IMG/VR virus record: IMGVR_UViG_3300029922_000006
Reading direction: 5' to 3' (one strand)
Source of the DNA: a virus
Lineage: Duplodnaviria; Heunggongvirae; Uroviricota; Caudoviricetes
DNA: 64,000 nt
Below the pieces are notes generated by a model, which did no database searches, was not told where the DNA came from, and worked only from the letters and a program-made list of their open reading frames with translations. The position numbers and the translations under genes are program-made. How positions within the stretch are numbered: the stretch's first letter is position 1; each line of letters begins with the position of its first letter. Below, piece by piece: positions 9,667-18,801 of this stretch.

Positions 9667-10035
9667 ATCGCCCAAAGCCATAACATCACTCACTGTGATG
9701 CCTTCGACTTTGGTGCCAAGTTCTGCAACGCTAATGGCTGGAACTGGAGCATCAATCTGAAGAAGCTCAGAAAGCTCAGCAGCATAAGCTTCTAAATTTA
9801 CCGGATCAACGTTGATTTTCTTATTTGCATCTTCAACGAAATTACCCTCTGCATCTTTCGCGGCGTATTTCCTCACCAATTCATTGCGCATCTGCTCATA
9901 CATGATAGCATGCTCATTAAACTTCAATACGAGCTTTTTAAGCTTCCATACAGTCGCGATGGGAATGTGCGGCGACTGGACAATCTTTTCTAAAACTTCT
10001 TTCGCAGCAGTCGTAGATACAGTCAATAATTTCAT
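9652..10035 (-). CDS. hypothetical protein, paralog A
   Basis: 127 aa; the C-terminal ~45 aa (ELSELLQIDAPVPAISVAELGTKVEGITVSDVMALGDLLVD) are conserved with the neighbouring ORF. Confidence 0.5.
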   Translation of the reverse strand: MKLLTVSTTAAKEVLEKIVQSPHIPIATVWKLKKLVLKFNEHAIMYEQMRNELVRKYAAKDAEGNFVEDANKKINVDPVNLEAYAAELSELLQIDAPVPAISVAELGTKVEGITVSDVMALGDLLVD

Positions 10036-10183
10036 GGACTCTCCTTGAGAATGTAGGTTTCAAATATCGTACCATACGTCTTATAATAAGTCAAGATTAT
10101 TTTATTACGTACCCATTCTTTAGTGAAATCATATAGTTAAAGGTAAATCTTAATCTTTGGAGTATGTATGGAACTTAATGCAA

Positions 10184-10558
10184 TCACTCAACAAGAAAGT
10201 CTAAGAGCATAAGCTCCTCAGACGAGATCGAGATATCGTTACCAAGCTCGCTGACAGAAAGCGTAGGGATAGCGATGTCTAGATCTAAGAGTTCGTTCAA
10301 CTCGTTAACAAACAACTGACCGTTATCGCCTTCCAAAGGGACATTGCCTTGATCGTCGGTATCTAGGCTACCGTCATCTTTCTTCTTGCCGTAACGGTTC
10401 AAAGACGCAAGACGAACTTCATCATACTTGCTGTACTCTTCGTCGATCTTTTTGATGATGGTCTTGAGTTTAAATGCAGCTTTAAGCGGCAGTTTCTGCG
10501 AATTAAGCTGAGTTAGAGTCGCTTTAAATTTAGGGTCGATCAACCTAGATAACTTCAT
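10184..10558 (-). CDS. hypothetical protein, paralog B
   Basis: 124 aa; C-terminus ELNELLDLDIAIPTLSVSELGNDISISSEELMLLDFLVE is paralogous to 9652..10035. Confidence 0.5.
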   Translation of the reverse strand: MKLSRLIDPKFKATLTQLNSQKLPLKAAFKLKTIIKKIDEEYSKYDEVRLASLNRYGKKKDDGSLDTDDQGNVPLEGDNGQLFVNELNELLDLDIAIPTLSVSELGNDISISSEELMLLDFLVE

Positions 10559-10588
10559 TTAGGCTCCTTTTTCTGATAGGATTATACT

Positions 10589-10909
10589 ATGGGCAATTTC
10601 TTCCGCCAACTTTTTAGTGAAAACTCAGGTGTGAGCATGATGCGAGTCATGTCTCTCCTAGCACTATTTGCGGCAATCGGAATTGGATTCTACGGAATGA
10701 CAAAACTCCCAGTCGATTATAGTGGAATCACTATGTTGACAGGTGTATTCTTGAGTGCTGCCTTCGGTGGTAAGGTTATGCAGAAACGCATCGAAGCTAA
10801 CGGTGCTAAGTCTGATACCGAGATGACCACACGCCCTAATGAGGCTATGGCCCCGGTCTCTGAGAAGACTGTCACAAAGATCGACGTTAAGGTCGATAAT
10901 CCAGACTAA
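10589..10909 (+). CDS. small membrane protein
   Basis: 106 aa with two predicted TM helices (LLALFAAIGIGFYG; MLTGVFLSAAFGG). Confidence 0.5.
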   Translation: MGNFFRQLFSENSGVSMMRVMSLLALFAAIGIGFYGMTKLPVDYSGITMLTGVFLSAAFGGKVMQKRIEANGAKSDTEMTTRPNEAMAPVSEKTVTKIDVKVDNPD

Positions 10910-11178
10910 AAACGACCGGACCTACCCTAATCGGATAGGCCCGATCTACTCCTCGGGAGAGTAACCGATGATTGCCATCGATACATATCCCTTGATTCAG
11001 ATTTCAATCCTATCGCGTTTAAATCGTTCAAATGATAAAGATATCATTCGTTCTTGTCGTGTGTTCTTGGACGTCCTAGGGCCATTAGATTGAATTGTTA
11101 CCAGCCCCCTCCAATAGACTACTGACTAACTACTGTTCATGTTAAGATAAGGCTAGGTATCTATAGGGTGGAGTCGAG

Positions 11179-11583
11179 ATGGAAAAGAAAACCGGCAAGT
11201 CGCTTGAAGACAAAGTAGACGCTATTAGCGAACAGCTCCACAAGATGGACAAGGATTTAGCACTTCAACAGGCTGCATTCGTAGAACTGTCGCGCCACCA
11301 TGAGCTGCTATATCAAGAACTTAAACGCTCAAACGATATCCTAAAAGCTAATACAGACTCTCTCAGAGAGCACATGCACAGAACCGAACTACTCGAGGAT
11401 CTGGCTAACAAGATGGACGGACGTCTATCACCTATCGAAAAAAGACAAATTGAAGAAGACGCTGTTCGCAAGCACAAGCATGAGACCTTAGTCCGTTGGG
11501 GCAAGATACTTGCTGCACTTGTTGCATTTAGCGGTCTTCTAATGTGGGCTAAGCCTTTACTGCTTAAGTTGCTTCTCCCATAA
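11179..11583 (+). CDS. coiled-coil protein with C-terminal membrane anchor
   Basis: 134 aa; heptad-rich N-terminal part and a C-terminal hydrophobic helix (ILAALVAFSGLLMWAKPLLLKLLL). Confidence 0.5.
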   Translation: MEKKTGKSLEDKVDAISEQLHKMDKDLALQQAAFVELSRHHELLYQELKRSNDILKANTDSLREHMHRTELLEDLANKMDGRLSPIEKRQIEEDAVRKHKHETLVRWGKILAALVAFSGLLMWAKPLLLKLLLP

Positions 11584-11595
11584 CTCTGGTATAAT

Positions 11596-11603
11596 GTTAT
11601 AAA
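11596..11603 (+). promoter_or_regulatory. T4-type late promoter-like TATAAATA box
   Basis: gtTATAAATAgg lies ~50 nt upstream of the ATG at 11653. It fits the gp55-like sigma candidate at 48939..49334. Confidence 0.3.
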
Positions 11604-11652
11604 TAGGCCGTGAGACTTACCTCACGCCCAATTATCTTCAAAGGAGATAAAT

Positions 11653-12036
11653 ATGGCCCTACTTCCTCCAATTCCGGACAATCAGTCTGGCAACATGGGT
11701 GGCAGCTCTTCAGCTCCTAACCGTGCACCTGCTGCTAAAGTTATTCAAAAAGCTTTGGCAAACACTCGCGTTGCTAACCAAGTTGTCGCCGCTCTTAGCG
11801 GTCTTTCAACTCCAGCAGCTATCATCGCTACCCATGCTGATGCTACTACTGACTTCGCAGCTCTTATGGTCGGCGACATCGTCCTCCATATTCCTGCGAC
11901 AGCTGGTAACACGTCTTTCGGCGTTGTTGCTACTGCTGGAACTGCTCCTGCAGCTGCAGTTGTTGGTGACTTGTACCTTGTGCACCGTCCAGTAAACTTG
12001 GACAGCAACATCGGTACAGCTCCCGCGCTCGTTTAA
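11653..12036 (+). CDS. hypothetical Ala-rich protein, possibly a virion protein
   Basis: 127 aa, Ala/Val/Thr-rich; AAGGAGATAAAT RBS. Confidence 0.5.
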   Translation: MALLPPIPDNQSGNMGGSSSAPNRAPAAKVIQKALANTRVANQVVAALSGLSTPAAIIATHADATTDFAALMVGDIVLHIPATAGNTSFGVVATAGTAPAAAVVGDLYLVHRPVNLDSNIGTAPALV

Positions 12037-12051
12037 TTTCAACTCGTTAAA

Positions 12052-12468
12052 CTAGCTCTTATTGGGTCTGGTGTGTTCCACCAGACCCTTTATTTTTTCA
12101 GCCACGTATTCCGGATCGTTAAGTAATCGATTCAATCCGGAGGGGTGGGGCAATTCATAAAAGTTCACACCTAGCATCTTCAATGCGGTAGCGGCAGTTT
12201 TTCCTACAGCTATAATTGGTACATCTTTGTGGTGTGCAATGATCATTGCAAGATGGTTAAGTCTACCCTTGATCTCTTTCATCGTCAGTTGTCTATTGCC
12301 TGGTGTTGGTGTATTGACCAGATTGTGCATAATAGATATGTTTATCCCTGCCTTTTCAATCCATTCGTGCAACGTTTTACCACTACCGGTGGACATATCG
12401 AATGCTCCATTGCCCTTAGACGCTTGCGATGGATTAGATCCAATGAATAAAGCTGTGCGCGGTTTCAC
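12052..12468 (-). CDS. uracil-DNA glycosylase superfamily protein
   Basis: Motif A-like IGSNPSQ near the N-terminus and motif B-like LPHPSGLNRL near the C-terminus (compare GINPG / HPSPLN). GTG start overlaps the upstream stop (GTGA). Confidence 0.55.
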   Translation of the reverse strand: MKPRTALFIGSNPSQASKGNGAFDMSTGSGKTLHEWIEKAGINISIMHNLVNTPTPGNRQLTMKEIKGRLNHLAMIIAHHKDVPIIAVGKTAATALKMLGVNFYELPHPSGLNRLLNDPEYVAEKIKGLVEHTRPNKS

Positions 12469-13565
12469 GATGTCCTCGGTTTAATCTGTAAATGATAAAA
12501 ATCACCAACCGTAGAGCAATTGATTTCTAAGTCTAGCATGGCTGAACTATCTTCAAAGTCACTATATTTTTCTTTAAAATAAAACTCACTTATGCCTGCC
12601 TGCCACAACATTCTGATACACTTAGTGCAAGGAGATAGGGTGCAATAAAGTATACAATCACCAGTCTTAACTCCTGATCGCACTGCGTTACATAATAAGT
12701 TTGTTTCTGCGTGTATTATATAATTATATTTTTCTGGACGAGATGTGGGTAGAGAACTGTCTGGTCCACCCCTAACGAACCCATTAAAACCTTCTGCCGT
12801 AACCGCTAATGTTTTAGGGTCTATTAATAGGGCTGCAACTTTAGTATGTATGTCGTGTGACTGTGACGCTATAACTACAGCTCTATCGTGATAGATTTTA
12901 AGTTTTTTCTCTGAGATCGGGTTATTGGTTTGGTTAAACTTGTTATTTTTAACTATTCTCTGTATTTGTTCTAAAAAATGTGTTGCAGAGTAATCTAATT
13001 TCATAGTGTTGCAAGTAGCACAACTTGTGACACAGTTTGATGTTTGGTACCCAATAGAGTTATCCAATCTATCGATTCCATTGTATTTAACTATTGTGTG
13101 TTTATTTTTTTGAATGTTGGCAGGGGAAGCGTCACAGTAGAAACAATTTTGAAAAATAAGCCCCTTAAACTCATCTAAGGTTAGATTAAAATCATAATTT
13201 CTAGCCTTAGCATTGCCCTTATAATCTAGAAAAATATTATTGATAGATGTCGTTTTTAGCTGTTCGTCTGTTCGAGCATATCTATTGCCACAGTGGCCAC
13301 ATCCACTTGAGGTGCCATTAATTAAACTTGCAACTTTTATTGACTTAAGAACACCACATTTACACTTTACATCTACATATCGTGTTTTTTTTGATTTTAA
13401 GTTTATCTTAATGTAAGGAAGAGACATTATTGTCCATTTATTTATGACAGAATTTAAGGCAATATTCTCTGTCTTAGATGGACGTTTCATACTCTTATTT
13501 AACCTCTGCCTACAAAGGCATTTCTCTATCTTTGATTCACACGTAGGATAGATACACCGACGCAT
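12465..13565 (-). CDS. HNH(AP2-type) endonuclease domain fused to dCMP deaminase
   Basis: C-terminal deaminase motifs HAETNLLCNA and SPCTKCIRML (zinc-binding HxE ... PCxxC). The middle region NGIDRLDNSIGYQTSNCVTSCATCNTMKLD is HNH_3-like. N-terminal Cys cluster. Confidence 0.75.
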   Translation of the reverse strand: MRRCIYPTCESKIEKCLCRQRLNKSMKRPSKTENIALNSVINKWTIMSLPYIKINLKSKKTRYVDVKCKCGVLKSIKVASLINGTSSGCGHCGNRYARTDEQLKTTSINNIFLDYKGNAKARNYDFNLTLDEFKGLIFQNCFYCDASPANIQKNKHTIVKYNGIDRLDNSIGYQTSNCVTSCATCNTMKLDYSATHFLEQIQRIVKNNKFNQTNNPISEKKLKIYHDRAVVIASQSHDIHTKVAALLIDPKTLAVTAEGFNGFVRGGPDSSLPTSRPEKYNYIIHAETNLLCNAVRSGVKTGDCILYCTLSPCTKCIRMLWQAGISEFYFKEKYSDFEDSSAMLDLEINCSTVGDFYHLQIKPRTS

Positions 13566-14371
13566 TACTTTTTCTTCTCTTCGATTGCGGGTTCTTGCGT
13601 ATATAATATGTAATCTCTGTATTCAAAGACATATCTATTATCCCGATGACGACTTGACGTTGAAACCTTATAGGTATATGAAGAGTTAAAGAACGGAGTG
13701 AAAGCTTCGCCTTTGCGAGTCATCTCGCGTTCGCATTCCATGATACATCTAACCATGTAGTCAGACTGAATGTCTTGGGCACTCATAGGAACCTTAACGA
13801 TCTCGTTAATAACAACTTCTGTTTTATATCTACCTGTGAAATCCTGAGTGGTCCAGTATTTATCTCCAACTTTAAGCTTATCGAAGAAGTCATTAAACCC
13901 CTGAAGTGTTTTAAACTTCTGACCCTTCTTGCGGTTGACCTTAGTGATGATCTTGCGTTGCTCTAACGCCTGCGAGTGGATCTTCTTGATGTCAAAGTCG
14001 CCACCCAAGAACGTTGCTTCTGCAAACTCAGGATCAACTTCAAATCTTGTGGATTTGTAGTCAAAATCAGTCATCGACCAGATCTCTTGACCAAGAGTGC
14101 CGTTAGCAACGCGAAGCTGCTTAATATAGCCGATACCAAACTCGTCTTCATGGATGTAGACGTAACGCTGAGCCATCTTATTGTCGGAATTTATATTTTC
14201 CGTAATCCACTCAGTCTCATCACGAGGCTTATATCGAGCCTGTTTACGAATGAGAACGTCGCCGATCTCGAACTTCATGAATTCTTTAATCACCATCCAC
14301 TTGCGGATAGGATTACTATTCATCTCGCCTTCGAGTTGCTGTTTCTGTTTATCGTCAAGCTCAACTTTCAT
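13565..14371 (-). CDS. hypothetical protein
   Basis: 268-aa ORF, translationally coupled (start/stop overlap). Confidence 0.5.
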   Translation of the reverse strand: MKVELDDKQKQQLEGEMNSNPIRKWMVIKEFMKFEIGDVLIRKQARYKPRDETEWITENINSDNKMAQRYVYIHEDEFGIGYIKQLRVANGTLGQEIWSMTDFDYKSTRFEVDPEFAEATFLGGDFDIKKIHSQALEQRKIITKVNRKKGQKFKTLQGFNDFFDKLKVGDKYWTTQDFTGRYKTEVVINEIVKVPMSAQDIQSDYMVRCIMECEREMTRKGEAFTPFFNSSYTYKVSTSSRHRDNRYVFEYRDYILYTQEPAIEEKKK

Positions 14372-14614
14372 ACTATCTTCCTGTGTCCGATTTCATAGGT
14401 CCGCAAACTTTGCAGACAATACGAGTGCCCTGAGAATTGCCGTGCTGGTCAACTACTTCTTGCCAGAATCACTGGTGAGGAGGACATTCTTTCTTCTCCA
14501 CGATAATCTGGTTACCATGAGCAGATCCATCTGTAGGCTTAGCGGCAGATGCTGCTAGACGTGGAACAATGACTACTAGTGCAAAAATGACGATTAAGAC
14601 AAATACAAAGTCCA

Positions 14615-14878
14615 TTATTCCTCCGGATCGAGTTCAGTTGACGAGATACTATCTTCTTTAGCTTCTAAGTCATCGATGATGCTCTGTGCACCAACAAATA
14701 CACGATGTGGATCGTGAGTCACCTTCTTAAGGCGTTTCATTTTAACTTTTTGCTTGATCTTTCCACGGATAGGACAATTAAACTCTACTTCAACTTCCAC
14801 GATCTCTTCAATTGTCGGGTCTTCGAATACATGCTTCTTTTTGTTTTTAGCACCCTTGGGTCTAGCCATTATTTCCAC
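14615..14878 (-). CDS. hypothetical small basic/acidic protein
   Basis: 87-aa ORF; stop overlaps the next ORF's start. Confidence 0.4.
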   Translation of the reverse strand: MEIMARPKGAKNKKKHVFEDPTIEEIVEVEVEFNCPIRGKIKQKVKMKRLKKVTHDPHRVFVGAQSIIDDLEAKEDSISSTELDPEE

Positions 14879-15405
14879 TCCGTATCAATAATCTGTTGCA
14901 ATGCCATTGTGTATGCCTTGATGGGCCCTGGTACTTTGCGCGTATACGCGTACGAACACCATTCTTTGTACGATCCTTGAATAATCAAGGTTGTATATAT
15001 GTTAATGGGGGTAAGGACCTGTGATACAAACGCATCTGCGCCATCTGCTTGATAGGCTCTGGGATTGATAAGAAGGGCAGCAGTTGTGCGAGAAATATCA
15101 TTAGAGATCGCTTGTGCTGTAACGACGTCGCTTCCTCCAAGCTGAGCTGCCGAAGGGATATATGCTTCTGACTCGACATCTGCATTCTCCGTGTTGATGA
15201 TCTTAAATGCAAACTTAGATAGGTCTAGCTGAACAAACAGTGGACACTTCATAACTACAGTGAGTGACCCCAAGTCTTCAAGAACAGTAGGGTATTTACC
15301 AAAGAAGAACTCTTGATCTATATCTCTTAGTTTCTGAGTGGTATTGCAGCTATCGATAAGGGCAACGAAGCCCTTATCGAGAACTGGTATCTTATTGAGT
15401 AGCAT
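14869..15405 (-). CDS. hypothetical protein
   Basis: 178-aa ORF; ATG overlaps the upstream stop. Confidence 0.5.
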   Translation of the reverse strand: MLLNKIPVLDKGFVALIDSCNTTQKLRDIDQEFFFGKYPTVLEDLGSLTVVMKCPLFVQLDLSKFAFKIINTENADVESEAYIPSAAQLGGSDVVTAQAISNDISRTTAALLINPRAYQADGADAFVSQVLTPINIYTTLIIQGSYKEWCSYAYTRKVPGPIKAYTMALQQIIDTEWK

Positions 15406-15884
15406 TACAGGTCCTCGTCTTCCTCTTCGACCTTAGCTTCTTCTTCTTCTTCTTCTTTTTTCTGAGCAAAAGGATTATTCTCGTTGTCGTCTTCAGCAAT
15501 ACCTGCACGACAAGTGTAATCCTTAACGTCGTCAAACACGCCATCGAGCATCGACTCAGTAATGATGTCTTGGAAGTGAGCTTCGATATAATCAACCGTG
15601 TTCTCGTCCAAGATCTTCATAGCAGCAGCCAGATCTTTTTGCAAGATAACAACTTTAGCATGATGCTGGTGATCTTTCCACATGATGCCGACAGTCTCAC
15701 ACATCTCTTCAAATGTGAAGACGCCGCGGATCGTAGAGGGTAAGAACTTAGCTTTAGAGCGATCGCCTGAGCTAACAGCCACGAGGAATGATTCTGATTT
15801 AAGGGAAGAGAGATCCATCGTCTCTAATTCACCAATGAAATCATCTCCGGTCTTAACTGGCAAGTTCATATTTGGATCAGACAT
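15405..15884 (-). CDS. hypothetical protein with acidic C-terminal tail
   Basis: 159 aa ending KKEEEEEEAKVEEEDEDL, encoded by a (CTT)n microsatellite. Confidence 0.5.
   Translation of the reverse strand: MSDPNMNLPVKTGDDFIGELETMDLSSLKSESFLVAVSSGDRSKAKFLPSTIRGVFTFEEMCETVGIMWKDHQHHAKVVILQKDLAAAMKILDENTVDYIEAHFQDIITESMLDGVFDDVKDYTCRAGIAEDDNENNPFAQKKEEEEEEAKVEEEDEDL
15436..15457. repeat. (CTT)7 microsatellite
   Basis: cttcttcttcttcttcttctt seen directly; encodes poly-Glu on the minus strand. Confidence 0.8.
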
Positions 15885-16078
15885 TTATCACCTCTGGATT
15901 ATATATTATTTCGGATCTTTTAACTCACCGTATGTACGTGGACGCACAGTATACAGGGCAGTATAGCGAAAGCTATCTACCGATAAAGTCTTGATCTTGC
16001 CCTTAGAGTCTTGAATCTTAATGAAAGGATCTGTAGCTTGAAGTCGATTAGCTCTATCTCTAGGTGCAGGCTTAATCT

Positions 16079-16339
16079 CTAAAACAGTGAAGTGGCTCTT
16101 AGCTGAACCAGTTCAGCTTGTTCTGCTGGAGTCAACGGCTGCATGAGCTGGCCAAGCAGTGTCGTAATTTGTGACACAGTTAGAGTACTCGTACCAGTTG
16201 TAAGCTGCGGCATACCAAGGCCACCGATATTATTGTTGTTGCCGCCAGGAATCGGCTGATTCTGGTTCAACATATCGTTTAGATCTTTTGTAAGCTGATC
16301 TATTGGATCGTCTTTTTTATCGAATGGCCACATACTCAC
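16079..16339 (-). CDS. hypothetical protein
   Basis: 86-aa ORF; its start overlaps the hydroxymethylase stop. Confidence 0.4.
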   Translation of the reverse strand: MSMWPFDKKDDPIDQLTKDLNDMLNQNQPIPGGNNNNIGGLGMPQLTTGTSTLTVSQITTLLGQLMQPLTPAEQAELVQLRATSLF

Positions 16340-17133
16340 ACCTCACCGAGCATCTTTTTTACCATCTCTTCGTTCTTCTCATAGATGTGTAAGCTGTGCA
16401 CAGTGTGAGTGTAATGTCCTTTAGTGAGGTTAGGATACACATCTTTAAGTTCTGCAACCATCTTATCCATGAGACCGCAGAACCACGGAAGGTCGTATAC
16501 AAGACCCAGAGTGAGATCGTTCGAGCGCATGACGACAGATAGATGTAACTGGTCGTTGCGGATCAAGAAGTTGCCATGCATCGTGCAAGTCTGATCCTTA
16601 TTGCCGACCCACTGATGTTCTGGAAGAGAGAAACGTAGGATAGCCTGACGAGTATCTTTATCAGCAAGAAGAGACTGCTTCGCCCACTCCCAAGGAGTGC
16701 GCATAACGTTTTCTTCTACTAGGAAGTGCGCAGTTTCTCCGTTTTCGTAGACACCTTCGTGGACAACTGTTTGGCGCTCAAAATGAGATCCGCTTGACTT
16801 TTTAGACCAGATAAGATGGCCGTACGCGCTGTTAACAGTGCCGTCAGGGTTAGCGAGACTGAGCCAAAATTTTGAGGCTCGTCCGAAATCCTCTGCAGAA
16901 TTCGTGCAGGAATCATATAGCTCCACTTCTTTCCGGGTGTATGAAGCAATAGTTTCGTTGCGCTTTGGATCTCGAGTAACGATAGGATCATCAGTAGGTC
17001 CCAAAACCCGGAATGAGTAGTCGAGTACTTCTCTGCAAGGTTGCCCGCGTGGCGCGCTCTTGACGTCAGGGTTGTAGTAGACATCCGCGAGGGTACCGAG
17101 ATAGGCTTCCGAGACATTTTTATATACTTTCAT
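16336..17133 (-). CDS. thymidylate-synthase-family pyrimidine hydroxymethylase (T4 gp42-like dCMP hydroxymethylase)
   Basis: VVMRSNDLTLGLVYDLPWF matches T4 gp42 VNMRSNDVVFGFRNDYAWQ; SLHIY matches SLHVY; CTMHG matches CTNT (catalytic Cys). Asp aligns with the gp42 cytosine-specificity Asp179. Confidence 0.65.
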   Translation of the reverse strand: MKVYKNVSEAYLGTLADVYYNPDVKSAPRGQPCREVLDYSFRVLGPTDDPIVTRDPKRNETIASYTRKEVELYDSCTNSAEDFGRASKFWLSLANPDGTVNSAYGHLIWSKKSSGSHFERQTVVHEGVYENGETAHFLVEENVMRTPWEWAKQSLLADKDTRQAILRFSLPEHQWVGNKDQTCTMHGNFLIRNDQLHLSVVMRSNDLTLGLVYDLPWFCGLMDKMVAELKDVYPNLTKGHYTHTVHSLHIYEKNEEMVKKMLGEV

Positions 17134-17159
17134 GCGATCTCCTTACGGAGGCGATTGTA

Positions 17160-17846
17160 CTAATACTCTTTGGTCATTAGTTCTAATTCAGCCGAGTAAA
17201 TGTTTGAGCGAAGAAGCTCGACGAAGAATACACTCTGGTGTGACTCAATCTCAAAACCCTTCTTGATGTATTTAGTGAGGCGACGAATGCTAACCCCACG
17301 TGGAACGGGATTGAAGCAGATCTTCTTCTGAGTGCAGTCTTCCATAGAGCCTGCAACTACATAAAGAACACCTAGATTGGGATCGATCGCCATGGAGCAA
17401 GCGCGAATGTCAAAACGAGAGATAAGGTGGGCAGGCGAAGTGTGCTCTACTCCGTAGATCAAGTTTACTTTCTGTGAACCTAGATGACCGTATGCGCACA
17501 TAGGATTAGTAAAGTCAAAGTGTGCGGCATTAAGTTTAGCAAACTCCTGAGCAAGTTCTTTGGTCTGGAAGTATAGATCGATATCGTCGTACGTGAGTAT
17601 GAGTCCAGCTAGCTGTTTAGCAACGATGCTCATTACGTATGAACCAGAGATAAGTGTGCCAAACGGAAACTTAACTCCGGTGTTTATGTTTATAGAACCT
17701 TTGCGCACTTCTACGTTAGCATCGTAGTCATCCATCAGAAGAGCGCTGCCGAGATGTGACAGTTGCTCTTTATATAGAGCTTCACCCTTTTTGATATCTT
17801 GAACAAGAGGAATAAAGAACTTAGGGTTGATTAAGAAATCGCTCAT
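17160..17846 (-). CDS. hypothetical protein downstream of the hydroxymethylase
   Basis: 228-aa ORF with no recognisable motif; its start overlaps the endonuclease VII stop. Confidence 0.5.
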   Translation of the reverse strand: MSDFLINPKFFIPLVQDIKKGEALYKEQLSHLGSALLMDDYDANVEVRKGSININTGVKFPFGTLISGSYVMSIVAKQLAGLILTYDDIDLYFQTKELAQEFAKLNAAHFDFTNPMCAYGHLGSQKVNLIYGVEHTSPAHLISRFDIRACSMAIDPNLGVLYVVAGSMEDCTQKKICFNPVPRGVSIRRLTKYIKKGFEIESHQSVFFVELLRSNIYSAELELMTKEY

Positions 17847-18058
17847 GCTTTCTCCAGATATTGAATAGCTCTGATAAGAGTGTTTATATTCTCTTTAGAG
17901 TTGCCAATCATCACGTTGCAATTGAAACATAAAAGCCCTCTCACTTTACCTGTCGTATGACAATGATCAACATGGAACCTAGAACTAAACTCTGATGCAT
18001 ATCTTTCACAGACTCCGCATTTGTTGTCTTGAGAATGAAGCAATAGTTCATAGGCCAT
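17843..18058 (-). CDS. endonuclease VII-family (T4 gp49-like) small protein
   Basis: HVDHCHTTGKVRGLLCFNCNVMIG matches the Endonuclease_7 core (HLDHDH...GKVRGLLCNLCN). Confidence 0.7.
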   Translation of the reverse strand: MAYELLLHSQDNKCGVCERYASEFSSRFHVDHCHTTGKVRGLLCFNCNVMIGNSKENINTLIRAIQYLEKA

Positions 18059-18110
18059 GATAGCTTCTTTAGGAGATAATTCTGGCCAATACTTAGTTAA
18101 GTGGTGACCT

Positions 18111-18377
18111 TTATTGTTTCTTTTTTTCTTGTACGGTATTTAAAGATTTCCAATTTGCTTTTAACTTAGAAATAAACTCTGGATTATTTTCACGATAGTT
18201 TTTCGAAGTTTGACAAGTGCATTCGCGACATGAAGGCTCTAAACCATCTTTTGCTTTTTTCTTTTTATTAAAAAGCTTTAAAGGTTTAGGTGTTTTGCAC
18301 TTTGTACAAACTTTATTTTTCACTATCATGCTCCCACAAAGTCTCCTCAATGTTCGCGTGCCACACACCGTATCCAT
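18111..18377 (-). CDS. small Cys-rich (zinc-ribbon-like) protein
   Basis: CTKCKT...CRECTC motif; overlaps the upstream ORF by 65 nt, so the start is uncertain. Confidence 0.3.
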   Translation of the reverse strand: MDTVCGTRTLRRLCGSMIVKNKVCTKCKTPKPLKLFNKKKKAKDGLEPSCRECTCQTSKNYRENNPEFISKLKANWKSLNTVQEKKKQ

Positions 18378-18801
18378 AACGCTTCTTGGTGAGACGCTTC
18401 ATCATCTGACCAGTGCGATTAAACAAGTGTTGGAACACAAACGTGGATTCCTTGACAGAGCGACCTTCTTTAGTACGGTAGTTAGGATTGTAATTGTAGA
18501 GTGCAATACAAACTTCCGTGCGAAGATGCTGGCGAATATCATTCAAGGACATACCAGTGTTTCCAAGGGAATTATCCCCTTGACCTTTCTTGGTGTTCGC
18601 CTCGTTCCAGTTCTTAGCAACGTTATCGCGGATATACTTTTCGACCATAGGCTCGTACTTAAGAATGTCTTCGTTTGTCAAGGTGCGGTCATACTTGTTA
18701 AAGTTCTTAACCGGCTTCTCGTCATTTTCTTCTTCAGACTCTTCGACTTCTACCCCGAGGTCAATGAGCGTCTCTTCGGTATCAGAATTATCGTTGTTCA
18801 C
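18313..18801 (-). CDS. hypothetical protein
   Basis: 162-aa ORF with acidic N-terminus. Confidence 0.5.
   Translation of the reverse strand: MNNDNSDTEETLIDLGVEVEESEEENDEKPVKNFNKYDRTLTNEDILKYEPMVEKYIRDNVAKNWNEANTKKGQGDNSLGNTGMSLNDIRQHLRTEVCIALYNYNPNYRTKEGRSVKESTFVFQHLFNRTGQMMKRLTKKRYGYGVWHANIEETLWEHDSEK

Noticed and set aside
10910-11178. 270-nt intergenic region examined for ncRNA or CRISPR-like repeats
   Set aside because: No direct repeats or convincing hairpins were found; likely a promoter/regulatory spacer between the structural and coiled-coil genes.
15392-15595. ORF encoding a poly-Lys run
   Set aside because: Alternative frame of the (CTT)n microsatellite inside the acidic-tail gene.
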